Part shown: positions 9,582-18,742 of the stretch, in pieces
How the letters are laid out: the number at the start of each line of letters is the position of its first letter
Position numbering within the stretch: the stretch's first letter is position 1
DNA from: Dehalococcoidia bacterium
GTDB lineage: Bacteria > Chloroflexota > Dehalococcoidia > DSTF01 > RBG-16-68-14
Reading direction: 5' to 3'
Length of the DNA stretch: 48,704 nucleotides
Assembly (NCBI GenBank): GCA_049642385.1
Contig: JBAROU010000126.1
Coordinates: forward strand, 1-48,704
The notes under the pieces: generated by a model
Databases searched by the model: none
The model's input: the letters and a program-made list of their open reading frames with translations, nothing else
Told to the model about the DNA's origin: nothing
Made by a program: the position numbers and the translations under genes

Positions 9582-9869
9582 CTACCAGCGCACCTCAAAG
9601 TCCTGGTGACCTTCGGGCGTTTCGGACCACGTTGCGTCGACCGCTTCGACCGCCGACATGCGCGGCCCTCGCTGGAGCGCGGCCTTAAGCTGGCGCAGAC
9701 GCTTCTCCGGCCCCTCGGCGACGACCTCCACCGTCCGGCTGTCGGCGCCGTTGCGTACCCAGCCGGTCAGGCCCAGCGCCCGCGCTTCATCGGTGACGAA
9801 GAAGCGGAAGCCCACGGCCTGTACGCGCCCGCGGACGATGGCGTGAAGGCGCTTGTGTGGAGTGCTCAA
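9582..9869 (-). CDS. acyP: Acylphosphatase
   Basis: VRGRVQAVGFRFF and GWVRN motifs, about 95 aa. Start placed at TTG 9869 because the track's upstream extension overlaps another coding frame. Start codon is uncertain. Confidence 0.75.
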   Translation of the reverse strand: MSTPHKRLHAIVRGRVQAVGFRFFVTDEARALGLTGWVRNGADSRTVEVVAEGPEKRLRQLKAALQRGPRMSAVEAVDATWSETPEGHQDFEVRW

Positions 9870-9880
9870 CCTAGTTGGGA

Positions 9881-10051
9881 TCAAAAGCCGATTGGCTCTG
9901 GCCTGACCAGCACGCCCGCCGTGAACGCCAGGATCGAAATGATGATAATCGCCACGAACGCCCACGCGAGGCCCCAGATCAACCGACACCAGGGGCCACC
10001 ACGTTTGATAGGCGGTAGTGGCGGCTCGTCGTAGAACCAGCGCCAGTTCAT
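9881..10051 (-). CDS. Small (56 aa) single-pass membrane protein, not in the ORF track
   Basis: Hand translation: MNWRWFYDEPPLPPIKRGGPWCRLIWGLAWAFVAIIIISILAFTAGVLVRPEPIGF. The ATG overlaps the aroKB TGA as ATGA. There is a clear hydrophobic helix, and the ORF fills the aroKB-acyP gap. Confidence 0.45.
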   Translation of the reverse strand: MNWRWFYDEPPLPPIKRGGPWCRLIWGLAWAFVAIIIISILAFTAGVLVRPEPIGF

Positions 10052-11730
10052 GTCAGCACTTCCTCAACAACCTCGCGAATCAGCTCCGGCCGCACGTCCG
10101 AGCGCAGCGCGGCGTGCCCGACGTCTTCGAGCAGCACCCAGCGCACCGAACCGGCCGTCACCTTCTTATCGAGCTTGATCGCGGCGAGCACGCGCTCCGG
10201 GTCCAGCTTCGGGCCCTTCGTCGGCAGGCCGAAGCGTTCCAGCAGGGCGCGCTGGCGTTCGACGACTTCGCCCGGCGTCAGTTCCAGGCGACGCCCGATC
10301 TCTGCTGCGGCCATCATGCCGACGGCGACGGCCTCGCCGTGAAGGACATCGTGGTAGTCGGCGGCGGCTTCGATAGCGTGCGCGATCGTGTGACCGTAGT
10401 TCAGGATCGCGCGCGGCCCCTGGTCGAGCTCGTCCTGCGCCACCATGCCGCCTTTGATCGCGACGTTGCGCCGCACGATGTCGACGGTACACGCCGGTTC
10501 GAGATGCAGGAGGTCGTCCGCGCGCGCTTCGAGGTCGGCGAGGAGCCCCGGGTCGAGGATGAAGGCATGCTTGATGGCCTCCGCGAAGCCTTCGAGCAGC
10601 GCGCGGCGTGGCAGCGTCTTCAGCGTTGAGACGTCTTCGACGACGAGGAGCGGCTGGTAGAACGCGCCGACGAGGTTCTTGCCCTCGCGGTGGTCGACTG
10701 CGGCCTTGCCGCCGATCGAGGCGTCCACCATCGCCAGCATGGATGTGGGCGCTTGCACGAACGGCACGCCGCGCAGGTATGTCGCGGCGACGAAGCCGGC
10801 GAGGTCGCCCACGACGCCACCGCCGAGTGCGACAATCGCGTGGCGGCGCTCTGCGCGGTGGGCGACGAGCCAGTCGTAGATCGTCGCGGCGGTGTCGAGC
10901 GATTTGCTCGCCTCGCCGGCCGGTATCGCGAACGCATCGGCCTGGAAACCAGCGTCGCGCAGCGAGAGCAGCGCGCGCTCGCCGTGGCGCGGCAACACTT
11001 CGGTGTCGCTGATGACGTACGCGGCGCCGCTCAGGCCGGCCTCGCGCAGCAGCTCGCCCAGCCGGTCGAGCTCGCCCCAGCCGACGTGAACGGGATAGCG
11101 GCGGGACGGCGCCTCGACCCAGAACGGCTCGGCCGGCGGCGGCGTAGCTCGCTCCTCCGGGAGCAGGAGCCGTTCTGGGTGGCACGAGAACCACGGGTCG
11201 GCGGCGCGAACGGCGTCGACGACAAAGGCCGCGATCTCGGTAGGCGCGCGGCCGTCCGTCTCGATGATGACGTCGGCGAGGGCATAGAACTTCTGGCGTT
11301 GCGCTTTCAGCTTCGTCACGCGTGCAAGCGGATCGTCGCCTGTGAGGAGTGGTCGCTCCGAGACGGGCATGCCTTTGGCGTCGCTCAGCCGCTGGACGAT
11401 GGTCTCTGGCCGCGCGTCGAGGCAGACCACGAGGCCAGCTGCCGTCATAGCGCGCCGGTCCTCCGCGTCGGGCATCGCTCCACCGCCGGTCGCGATGACG
11501 ACGTTGGCCTCCGACACCGCGCGTTGGAGCGCCGCACGTTCGAGGACACGGAAGCGCGCTTCGCCGTCGCCCGCGAAGATCTCCGTTATTGAGCGGCCAG
11601 TCATCTCGTGAATCAACAGGTCCGTATCGAGCACGCGCCAGCCAAGCACGTTTGCGACGAGCGAGGCGACAGTCGACTTACCGGTGCCGGAGAAGCCTGT
11701 AAGGAAGACGCGGCGGGGAACGTCCGTCAT
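10048..11730 (-). CDS. aroKB: Bifunctional shikimate kinase / 3-dehydroquinate synthase
   Basis: N-terminal Walker A GFSGTGKST (AroK) is fused to AroB (GGGVVGDLAGF, NYGHTIAHAIE, LHGEAVAVGM). Start at ATG 11730 (MTDVPRRVFLTG) overlaps the GNAT stop (ATGA). Confidence 0.9.
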   Translation of the reverse strand: MTDVPRRVFLTGFSGTGKSTVASLVANVLGWRVLDTDLLIHEMTGRSITEIFAGDGEARFRVLERAALQRAVSEANVVIATGGGAMPDAEDRRAMTAAGLVVCLDARPETIVQRLSDAKGMPVSERPLLTGDDPLARVTKLKAQRQKFYALADVIIETDGRAPTEIAAFVVDAVRAADPWFSCHPERLLLPEERATPPPAEPFWVEAPSRRYPVHVGWGELDRLGELLREAGLSGAAYVISDTEVLPRHGERALLSLRDAGFQADAFAIPAGEASKSLDTAATIYDWLVAHRAERRHAIVALGGGVVGDLAGFVAATYLRGVPFVQAPTSMLAMVDASIGGKAAVDHREGKNLVGAFYQPLLVVEDVSTLKTLPRRALLEGFAEAIKHAFILDPGLLADLEARADDLLHLEPACTVDIVRRNVAIKGGMVAQDELDQGPRAILNYGHTIAHAIEAAADYHDVLHGEAVAVGMMAAAEIGRRLELTPGEVVERQRALLERFGLPTKGPKLDPERVLAAIKLDKKVTAGSVRWVLLEDVGHAALRSDVRPELIREVVEEVLT

Positions 11731-12188
11731 GAGGTGCGCTCCTGCGCCTGAGCGTAGGCGTTCGGGTCGGATAGCTCCATCCAGCGCTGCGGCTCCTCCA
11801 GCGCGCTGAAGCCGAATTGGCTGTACAGCCCGTGAGCGTCGCGGGTGCCGAGCATCCAGCGACGCAGGCGCTGCAAACGCGGGTGCGCGAGCACTGCCTC
11901 CATCAGCCACTTCGAAAGCCCTTGGCCGCGGTGCGCTTCGTCGATGTAGACGTCAGCGAGGTAGGCAAAGGTAACGAAGTCCGTGATGACCCGGCAGAAG
12001 CCGATCTGCCGGCCCTCTTTGTGCAGGCCGAACGGCAGCGAGTGGTCGATGGCCTCCTCCAGCCGTGCGCGCGCGATGCCAGTCGCCCAGTAGCTGCGTT
12101 CCGAGAGGAACGCGTGCACCGCATCGAGATCGAGTAGCGCCGGATCGGTGCTGATCAGGTAGCCGTCCTTGCGGACTTCGTAGACCAT
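11727..12188 (-). CDS. GNAT family N-acetyltransferase
   Basis: Acetyl-CoA binding region RGQGLSKWLMEAV. Start at MVYEVRKDG, 4 nt after the aroC stop. Confidence 0.8.
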   Translation of the reverse strand: MVYEVRKDGYLISTDPALLDLDAVHAFLSERSYWATGIARARLEEAIDHSLPFGLHKEGRQIGFCRVITDFVTFAYLADVYIDEAHRGQGLSKWLMEAVLAHPRLQRLRRWMLGTRDAHGLYSQFGFSALEEPQRWMELSDPNAYAQAQERTS

Positions 12189-12192
12189 GACG

Positions 12193-13395
12193 CTAGACCT
12201 CGGTCGTCTCTTCGTCGACGGGTGGCGTGGCGTCGCCGCCACGAGGGCCGGTGGTCTTCATGTACGAGCGGTAGTTGCGCAGCGTCTCATCGATGTGGTC
12301 GCCGCCGAATTTTTCCAGGCACGCCTCCGCGAGTACGATCGCGACGAGCGCTTCGCCGATCACGCCCGCCGCGGGCGCGACGCAGACGTCGCTACGCTCG
12401 TAGTGCGCGGGGATCTCCGCGCCGGTGTGCAGATCGGCTGATGGCAGCGAGCGCGGTAGGGTGGCGATGGGCTTGAGCGCGATGCGCATCACCAGGTCTT
12501 GGCCGTTGGTCATGCCACCCTCGGTGCCGCCGAGGCGGTTAGTTGCGCGGCTCCACGGCCGTTCGCCCCACTGATCGATGGGCAGGATCACATCGTGCAC
12601 CTGCGAGCCGCGCTGGCGTGCGCCGGTGAAGCCGACGCCGATCTCGACACCTTTGACGGCGTTGATGCTCATCAGCGCCTGCGCCAGCCGGCCGTCGATC
12701 TTGCGGTCCCAGTGGACGTGGCTGCCCAGTCCGATGGGCACGTTCATCGCGCGAATCTCGATCACGCCGCCGAGCGTGTCGCCGGCGTTACGCGCGTCAT
12801 CGATCGCCGCGATCATACGCGGTTCGACGGCGGCGTCGGCGCAGCGCACGGGCGAGGCCTCGACCGCCTCCCAGTCCGGCTCGCCGTCCAGCTGCGCCTC
12901 GACGCCGTCGATGGCGATGGTGTGGCTGTAGAGCGCCATGCCCAGCTCTTCGACGAAGCGCCGGCAGACGGTGCCCGCGCCAACGCGCGCCGCTGTCTCT
13001 CTCGCGCTTGCGCGCTCGAGGATGTTGCGCACATCGTCGAAGCCATACTTTACGGCGCCGGCGAGGTCGGCGTGGCCGGGGCGGAGACGCGTGACCTTGT
13101 CGATGGGCGCGTCGGGCTCTTCGAAGGCCATTACATCCTGCCAGTTCACCCAGTCCTTATTGTCGATTAGCAGCGCGATGGGGCTGCCCAATGTGCGGCC
13201 GTGGCGCACACCGGAGCGAATCTGCGCCCAGTCCTGCTCGATCTTCTGGCGGCGGCCGCGCCCGTAGCCGCCCTGACGACGGCGCAGCTCCCGAGCGATG
13301 TACTCCTCGGTCAAAGGCAGGCCGGCGGGGAGCCCCTCGATAATGATCGTTAGGCCCTTGCCGTGCGATTCTCCTGCGGTGAGATAACGAAGCAT
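12193..13395 (-). CDS. aroC: Chorismate synthase
   Basis: [16 protein letters not shown]-terminus, with full-length AroC-like sequence including GRSSARETA-like [12 protein letters not shown]. Confidence 0.95.
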   Translation of the reverse strand: MLRYLTAGESHGKGLTIIIEGLPAGLPLTEEYIARELRRRQGGYGRGRRQKIEQDWAQIRSGVRHGRTLGSPIALLIDNKDWVNWQDVMAFEEPDAPIDKVTRLRPGHADLAGAVKYGFDDVRNILERASARETAARVGAGTVCRRFVEELGMALYSHTIAIDGVEAQLDGEPDWEAVEASPVRCADAAVEPRMIAAIDDARNAGDTLGGVIEIRAMNVPIGLGSHVHWDRKIDGRLAQALMSINAVKGVEIGVGFTGARQRGSQVHDVILPIDQWGERPWSRATNRLGGTEGGMTNGQDLVMRIALKPIATLPRSLPSADLHTGAEIPAHYERSDVCVAPAAGVIGEALVAIVLAEACLEKFGGDHIDETLRNYRSYMKTTGPRGGDATPPVDEETTEV

Positions 13396-13560
13396 GAACG
13401 ATTACCTACGAGCGCACGATGGCGCATGTTGCCGTCATTGTACCCCACGCGTCTCTCAGAGGCTGTTAGGGATTCCCGTAGTGAGGGCGCGATCGAGCGC
13501 CGGGCTAGGTGTGTGGAAACGTTCCAGAGGCGCGGCTTGGAGATCGTGCCCCCTAGATCG

Positions 13561-14217
13561 TCAGAGCGCAGGCTCGACGCCGGAGCCGTTCTTGTTGACG
13601 TGCGCGGCGCCTCCCTCCGGCTCGACCGGTACGGCACCGCCGCGAGCGTCCAGCTCGTATCGCGCGCCCAGGCGTTCGGCGATCGCTTCGGGCGGGTCGT
13701 TGTCCCAGTCGATGTCGCCTGCGGCAGCGCGCTCGGCGACAGTGGTGAGGATGCAGCGCTGCGTCGGCTCGATCCCGGTTTCGTGGAAGGTGGAGTAGAC
13801 GTCGATCTGGACTCGCTCCGGGAGGATGTGGGGGATGTCGTAGAGGAGCCGCTCGGCGAGTTTCGCAGTGACGCGCTTCGCCTCATCGAGCGCGCTGCTG
13901 ATCTGCCGCCGCCCGCCGCCAACTTGCGCGAACTGCGCCTCCGCCGTCGTCGACGCGCGCAGATATTCAGGCGCGATCTCGATCAGCTCGACGCCCTGGA
14001 TGCCCTGCCAGACGCTGGCGGGCACGCCCTTCGGCGTGCGCTCGGTGCGCCAGTGCTGCACCTCGCCCTCGACGAGCTGCCGGATCATTTCGAGATCGCC
14101 TTCCTCCACCTTGCGCTGCCAGAACCGGTGCGTGCGCGTCTCCTGCATGATGATGTACGCGATGAACGCGAACAAGAACGCGACGACAACGATGCCAACG
14201 GTGAGACCCCATTCCAT
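13561..14217 (-). CDS. Hypothetical N-terminally membrane-anchored protein
   Basis: Single N-terminal TM (GLTVGIVVVAFLFAFIAYII). Starts 3 nt after the mltG stop. No family recognised. Confidence 0.6.
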   Translation of the reverse strand: MEWGLTVGIVVVAFLFAFIAYIIMQETRTHRFWQRKVEEGDLEMIRQLVEGEVQHWRTERTPKGVPASVWQGIQGVELIEIAPEYLRASTTAEAQFAQVGGGRRQISSALDEAKRVTAKLAERLLYDIPHILPERVQIDVYSTFHETGIEPTQRCILTTVAERAAAGDIDWDNDPPEAIAERLGARYELDARGGAVPVEPEGGAAHVNKNGSGVEPAL

Positions 14218-14220
14218 CGG

Positions 14221-15300
14221 CTAGCACTCGCTTCGTTCCGGATAGAGCTGGCAGATGTTGCGCTGGTGCTCTTCCAGCGTCTCGGCGAAGACGTGGCGAC
14301 CATCGGCGCCCGCGACAAAGTAGAGGTAGTTCGTCTGCGCTGGCTCGAGCACGGCGAGGATCGAGGCGAGGCCGGGGTTGGCGATTGGCCCCGGCGGCAG
14401 TCCCGTATGCATGTACGTATTATACGGCGAGGGCGTCGCGAGGTCGGCGAGCGTGAGGTCGCGCTTCCAATAACCGTACTGCTGGACGCTTGCCGGGTCG
14501 TTGCCGACCGCGTATTGCACTGTGGGGTCGGCGTCGAGCCTCATGCCGCGGGCGCGTCGGTTGAGGAACACGCTGGCGATGAGCGGGCGGTCCTCCGGCA
14601 CGCGCGCCTCACGCTCGATGATCGAGGCGAGGACGATCGCCTGGCGGAGCGTGAGGTTGGCAGCGCGAAGCTTGGGCTGGATCTGTTCCTGGTAACGCTG
14701 GTCGAATGCGTCAAGCATCTGCTGGACGAGCTCCTCCGGCGTCCCTTGGAGCGAGAAGCCGTAGGTGGCGGGAAAGAGGAAGCCCTCCAATCCGGTGTTC
14801 GGTGGCAGGCGATTCAGGAACCCAGCCCGGTATTCGCCGTCGAGCGCCTGGAGGAACTGCTGTGCGGTAACGACGCCCCGCTGCTCCAACAGCTGGGCGA
14901 TCTCTTCTTTGCGCAGCCCTTCGCGCACAACGACCGTGCGCGCGCTCGTTTCGCCTCGGCTGATACGTAAGACAGTGGTTAGGGCCGTCTCGCCCGTGAA
15001 GAACTCGTACTCGCCCGCCTCCAGGTGGTCCTGGAGTCTCATCAGGCCGGTGAGCACACGAAACAATCGCCCGCTGTCGATCACGCCGGCGTCCTCGAGA
15101 CGGTTGCCGATGTCGTCGGCGCTCTCGCCGTCTCGGACATCGATGAAGACGAGCTCGCGCTGCTCTGTGGTGGGCGGGCCCTGGTAGCCAGGCTCATCGT
15201 TGACGAGGCTGCCTGGTGTCCCGCTGAGGAACCAGATGGCGGCAGCGAGAAGGGCGGCCAGCCCGAGCGCGATCGCGACCGGCAGCGATCGTTGGCTCAT
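14221..15300 (-). CDS. mltG: Endolytic murein transglycosylase MltG (YceG-like)
   Basis: N-terminal TM, YceG-like body with the LASIIEREA catalytic-Glu motif. ATGA overlap with the ruvX stop. Confidence 0.88.
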   Translation of the reverse strand: MSQRSLPVAIALGLAALLAAAIWFLSGTPGSLVNDEPGYQGPPTTEQRELVFIDVRDGESADDIGNRLEDAGVIDSGRLFRVLTGLMRLQDHLEAGEYEFFTGETALTTVLRISRGETSARTVVVREGLRKEEIAQLLEQRGVVTAQQFLQALDGEYRAGFLNRLPPNTGLEGFLFPATYGFSLQGTPEELVQQMLDAFDQRYQEQIQPKLRAANLTLRQAIVLASIIEREARVPEDRPLIASVFLNRRARGMRLDADPTVQYAVGNDPASVQQYGYWKRDLTLADLATPSPYNTYMHTGLPPGPIANPGLASILAVLEPAQTNYLYFVAGADGRHVFAETLEEHQRNICQLYPERSEC

Positions 15301-15740
15301 GCGTCTGCGCCTGTTGGGGCGTTGCGCCGCAAGCGGTCGAGATATGTCTGGAGCAGGATTGACGCGGCCAGGTCGTCGGTGGGTCCCCGCCGGTTCTTCT
15401 TCATGGTGTGCCTTTTCGCGCTCAGGGGACGCTCAGCCTGCACCGAAGTGAGGCGCTCGTCGCACAGCTCGATAGGCAGACCGCTCGCCTCGGCGAGGAG
15501 GTCTGCAAATACGTGGACGAGCTTCGCTTGATGGCCGACTTCGCCAGCGAGCGTGAGCGGATGACCGACCACAAGCGTGTCGACGTGCTCAGCGCGCGCC
15601 AGCTCGACGATCGCTCGGACATCGGCGGCCTCGTCGCAGCGTTCGATGATGCGCAGCGGGACGGCAAGGCGGCGCTCCGGATCGGAGATGGCAACGCCGA
15701 TGCGGCGTTCCCCGACGTCGAGCCCGATCACGCGTCCCAT
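15297..15740 (-). CDS. ruvX: Putative pre-16S rRNA nuclease / Holliday junction resolvase-like RuvX (YqgF)
   Basis: MGRVIGLDVGERRIGVAISD N-terminus typical of YqgF. Start moved to ATG 15740. Confidence 0.88.
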   Translation of the reverse strand: MGRVIGLDVGERRIGVAISDPERRLAVPLRIIERCDEAADVRAIVELARAEHVDTLVVGHPLTLAGEVGHQAKLVHVFADLLAEASGLPIELCDERLTSVQAERPLSAKRHTMKKNRRGPTDDLAASILLQTYLDRLRRNAPTGADA

Positions 15741-15815
15741 GCGACGGATGGCCTCCCAGCCGAGACGCATGGTACTTCAGGTGGCGTGCAGGGTCGAGGG
15801 GTTGGTGCGGGGAAC

Positions 15816-17444
15816 TTATGGTTCGAGGCGGTAGAGGCGTTGTCCGCTGTCGGCCGGATGAATCACCTCGCGCATGGTGAATCGCTGCGAGAGTGCTTGG
15901 AAATAGGAGTCGAACCCCAGCTCGTACTTGTGCAACTGGGAGCCGGTGGCCTCGTAGCCCGTGTAGTGGTAGTAGACGGTCTTACCCGCGGCGATCTGCT
16001 CATCTACGTACGTTCGCAGCTTGACGATCGAGCGTTCGTTGATGCCGTTCCGGCCGGAGTGTTGGATAAGGTCGTAGACCGTCATCGCGGGGTTGGCCCT
16101 CTCGACGGCCAACGACTGGCTGGAAATGAGCGTCGTGCGATCTCCGTTGAGTGTGCGGAGGACGTTGCGGATATCCTCGAACGCCGGTTCACTCCGCGCG
16201 GCGCCCGAGGTGGGCGTTTCGCGGACTGAAGTCACGTCCTGAGCCAGCTGTAGGCTCAAGAACATCGCGACGATAATGGCGACGATTGTGGCCAATCCGA
16301 CGCGCTGCCAAGGATAGTGGAGCTGCTTGAACCAGTGAAAGCATACTGAGAGCCCCAGCGCGGCCAGCAAGAGCACGAAGAAGAAGACTGGCATGACGTA
16401 TCTTGCCCAGAAGGCAAAGTAGAACGCGTGTATGGCCAGCCAGGCGGCAGCAAGGTAGAGGATTGGAATCAAGAGACCGCGCCTGTCTGACCAGAGCCGC
16501 AGCGCACCGACAATGGCCAGGGCCAGCACTCCTGTTGCAGCCAGCGCTTCCATCCAGCCGAAGTCTCCTCCGTAGCCAAGAAGGCTCGCCTGCATATATT
16601 GTCCGATGCGCGTCGAATATCCTTCACCGCTCGCGTCGATTACGCTCGAACCCTGTGGGTCGGCGAACCGGGTCAGGCTGTCGAACGCCGTGACAACGTA
16701 GACCGCATACAGCGTCGACACGACGAGGCCGACCGTGATCGGCCCCTTCGAGAAGAGCCTGGCACACACGTAGCGCCACGAAAGCGGCTGCGCCCCGATC
16801 TCCAACGAAGCCAGCATCAACGCAGGCAGCAGGATGACGTTTGTGTATCGAGCGGTGGCGGCGGCAAAGACGACGAGGCCATAGAGAACCAGCACCGGAA
16901 AGCCACGGCGGATGACCAATGGAGCCAGGAACAGCGAGAGGGCAACCAGCAGCGTGTGGATTACATCGAACATGCCGATGCGGGAGTGGAAGACAAACGT
17001 TACTCCTACGGCAACGGCCGTGGCGAAGAAGAACGCTGCGCGGCGATCGCCTGTTGTCGCCGTGCAGCCCACGTACGCTACGACGATCAGCGCCATTCCG
17101 GCGAACAGGATTGCGATGTGCATCGTTTCGAGCGTGTCGGGCAGCAGGGCGAAAAAGGGCGCCAGGAACAGCGCAATCCCCGGTGGATAGAGATACGAAA
17201 GCGGAAGGTCACCGGAGAGCAAGTTTGTCACAGATTGGAGCTGCCCGTATGTGTCCGGATAGATCGTGACGAACGTGCCCATCGCGTAGAGGCGCAGGAA
17301 CAGCCCGACGCTGAGTACTCCGAGGAGTGGTGCTACGCGCAAGAGCGAAGCCCGCACGCCAATGCGGTGGAGCGACCACGGCTGCGCGAGTGAGAGCGTT
17401 AGCGCTTCACCGAGACTGCGTCCTGCCGTCAGGGGAACCTTCAT
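15816..17444 (-). CDS. GT-C fold (GT39/ArnT/PMT-like) polyprenyl-phosphate-dependent glycosyltransferase
   Basis: More than 10 predicted TM helices. First-loop acidic motif (YPDTYGQ...YLYPPG). About 140-aa soluble C-terminal domain. Confidence 0.7.
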   Translation of the reverse strand: MKVPLTAGRSLGEALTLSLAQPWSLHRIGVRASLLRVAPLLGVLSVGLFLRLYAMGTFVTIYPDTYGQLQSVTNLLSGDLPLSYLYPPGIALFLAPFFALLPDTLETMHIAILFAGMALIVVAYVGCTATTGDRRAAFFFATAVAVGVTFVFHSRIGMFDVIHTLLVALSLFLAPLVIRRGFPVLVLYGLVVFAAATARYTNVILLPALMLASLEIGAQPLSWRYVCARLFSKGPITVGLVVSTLYAVYVVTAFDSLTRFADPQGSSVIDASGEGYSTRIGQYMQASLLGYGGDFGWMEALAATGVLALAIVGALRLWSDRRGLLIPILYLAAAWLAIHAFYFAFWARYVMPVFFFVLLLAALGLSVCFHWFKQLHYPWQRVGLATIVAIIVAMFLSLQLAQDVTSVRETPTSGAARSEPAFEDIRNVLRTLNGDRTTLISSQSLAVERANPAMTVYDLIQHSGRNGINERSIVKLRTYVDEQIAAGKTVYYHYTGYEATGSQLHKYELGFDSYFQALSQRFTMREVIHPADSGQRLYRLEP

Positions 17445-17451
17445 CTCGGTC

Positions 17452-18441
17452 CTAGCGGGTGGTCGAGGGGATCGCTGGCCGTTGGGCGGCGCTGCCTTCA
17501 GCTTCGACCGGGGCTTGTCGCGGCCGAAGGCGCCGGAACATGCCTACGATCACGTTGTATGGGTGGCCGCTCAGCGCGTAAAACGTCGCTGTTGCGTAGC
17601 CTGTGCCGGCGATGGCATCGACCACGTAGTGGTGGCCGGAATAGACGATCGACCACCAGATGAAGACCGGATAGAGCACCACGGGCAACGCGCGCCTCCC
17701 CCAGATCTTGAGCGAGAAGAGGAAGAGCAACCAGGGAAATGCCGCGTGGAGCGAAGGGATGGCCGCGACTGGGTTAGCGCTCAGATCGCTGTAAATGCGT
17801 GATAGGCCGGGCACGGTCTCATGCACCAGGTAAACCTTATCGATGTAGCCGTGCTCACCGGCCCACCAGGGTGGAGCGCTAGGTACCAGCATAAACGTGA
17901 GGAACGCGGCGTATGAAAGCAGCACGTAGGATGACATGAAACGCAGGTGGAGGTGGCCGTGGTGCTGCCAGACGATGGCTGCGAAAAGGATGGGGACGAT
18001 GAAGTGGGAGAGGTGCCCGATCACGGCGGCGTAATCGTACCAATGGGGATGGTTCGGGTCGTAGAGCGCGTTCTGGAGCACGACCGTCGGGATGTGGCCG
18101 CGGAAGAGGAAGCGCTCCGCGTCGATCTGGGGCGTGACGTGGATGGCGCCACCGATGTCGTCGGCCGAGCCCCACATCGAGTAATAGGCGAACAGCACCA
18201 GCAGAAACGGCCCGAAATCACGCACGAACCGGAGCTTCTGCCCCGGTCGGGCGAAGACGATCACCAGGATTAGGAGTACGAGGGGTGTCGTGAGCGCCGC
18301 GCCGTAGTACACGAGGATCGCCTCGATCGCGAGGAGGAGCGCGCCCGTGGCGAGGTAGATGCGCTTCCAGTTCGCTTGCGACGAAGCGTCGTCCTGGGCG
18401 CGCGCTGTCGCGCCGTCTGAAGCCGAAACGTTGTCTTCCAT
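17452..18441 (-). CDS. PAP2 superfamily membrane protein (PAP2_3 / Aur1-Ipt1-like)
   Basis: Polytopic protein carrying the PAP2 C2/C3 motifs PSLH and SGHHYVVD. Confidence 0.7.
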   Translation of the reverse strand: MEDNVSASDGATARAQDDASSQANWKRIYLATGALLLAIEAILVYYGAALTTPLVLLILVIVFARPGQKLRFVRDFGPFLLVLFAYYSMWGSADDIGGAIHVTPQIDAERFLFRGHIPTVVLQNALYDPNHPHWYDYAAVIGHLSHFIVPILFAAIVWQHHGHLHLRFMSSYVLLSYAAFLTFMLVPSAPPWWAGEHGYIDKVYLVHETVPGLSRIYSDLSANPVAAIPSLHAAFPWLLFLFSLKIWGRRALPVVLYPVFIWWSIVYSGHHYVVDAIAGTGYATATFYALSGHPYNVIVGMFRRLRPRQAPVEAEGSAAQRPAIPSTTR

Positions 18442-18556
18442 GGAAGTCCTGCGGTAAGTATCGGCGGCATTCGGAGCATCCTGGATTCGGGTAGACGCTC
18501 GGTCTGGCCAACGCTGGTGAATAATCCGATACGTCCTTGAAGGAGCCGTGGACGAC

Positions 18557-18586
18557 TTGACAGCTCTCGCGGGTGCTCGCTACGAT
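18557..18586 (+). promoter_or_regulatory. Strong sigma70-type promoter candidate TTGACA-18-TACGAT, about 247 nt upstream of glmU
   Basis: Perfect -35 hexamer and a reasonable -10, in the 391-bp divergent gap. Confidence 0.45.
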
Positions 18587-18711
18587 CCAGCTAACCTCCG
18601 AACGTGGGAATGGCCACATCGGATGGTTTGACAAGCGAGGCGCACTACGGTGCAACGAACTGACGACGACCCCCCTCACGATAGCCACTTATCCGGAGTC
18701 CTGGTCGGGCG

Positions 18712-18742
18712 GGCCGCGCATGATGCGTCGGCCTTTGTTCTT
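18712..18742 (+). terminator. Intrinsic-terminator-like hairpin inside the glmU upstream region
   Basis: GGCCGCGCA / TGCG(T)CGGCC stem (9 bp, one bulge) followed by TTTGTTCTT. Confidence 0.4.

Noticed and set aside
10166-11194. 342-aa Arg/Pro-rich ORF on the minus strand, and similar overlapping ORFs at 10690-11592 and 32611-33612
   Set aside because: These are out-of-frame or antisense overlaps with aroKB and with the etfA-region genes. The extreme Arg/Pro/Ala bias indicates non-coding frames.
13363-14970. 535-aa ORF on the plus strand
   Set aside because: It is antisense to the hypothetical membrane gene and mltG. It is Arg/Asp/Leu-rich and low-complexity, as is typical of open antisense frames in high-GC DNA. 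The minus-strand genes have recognisable families and tight operon junctions.
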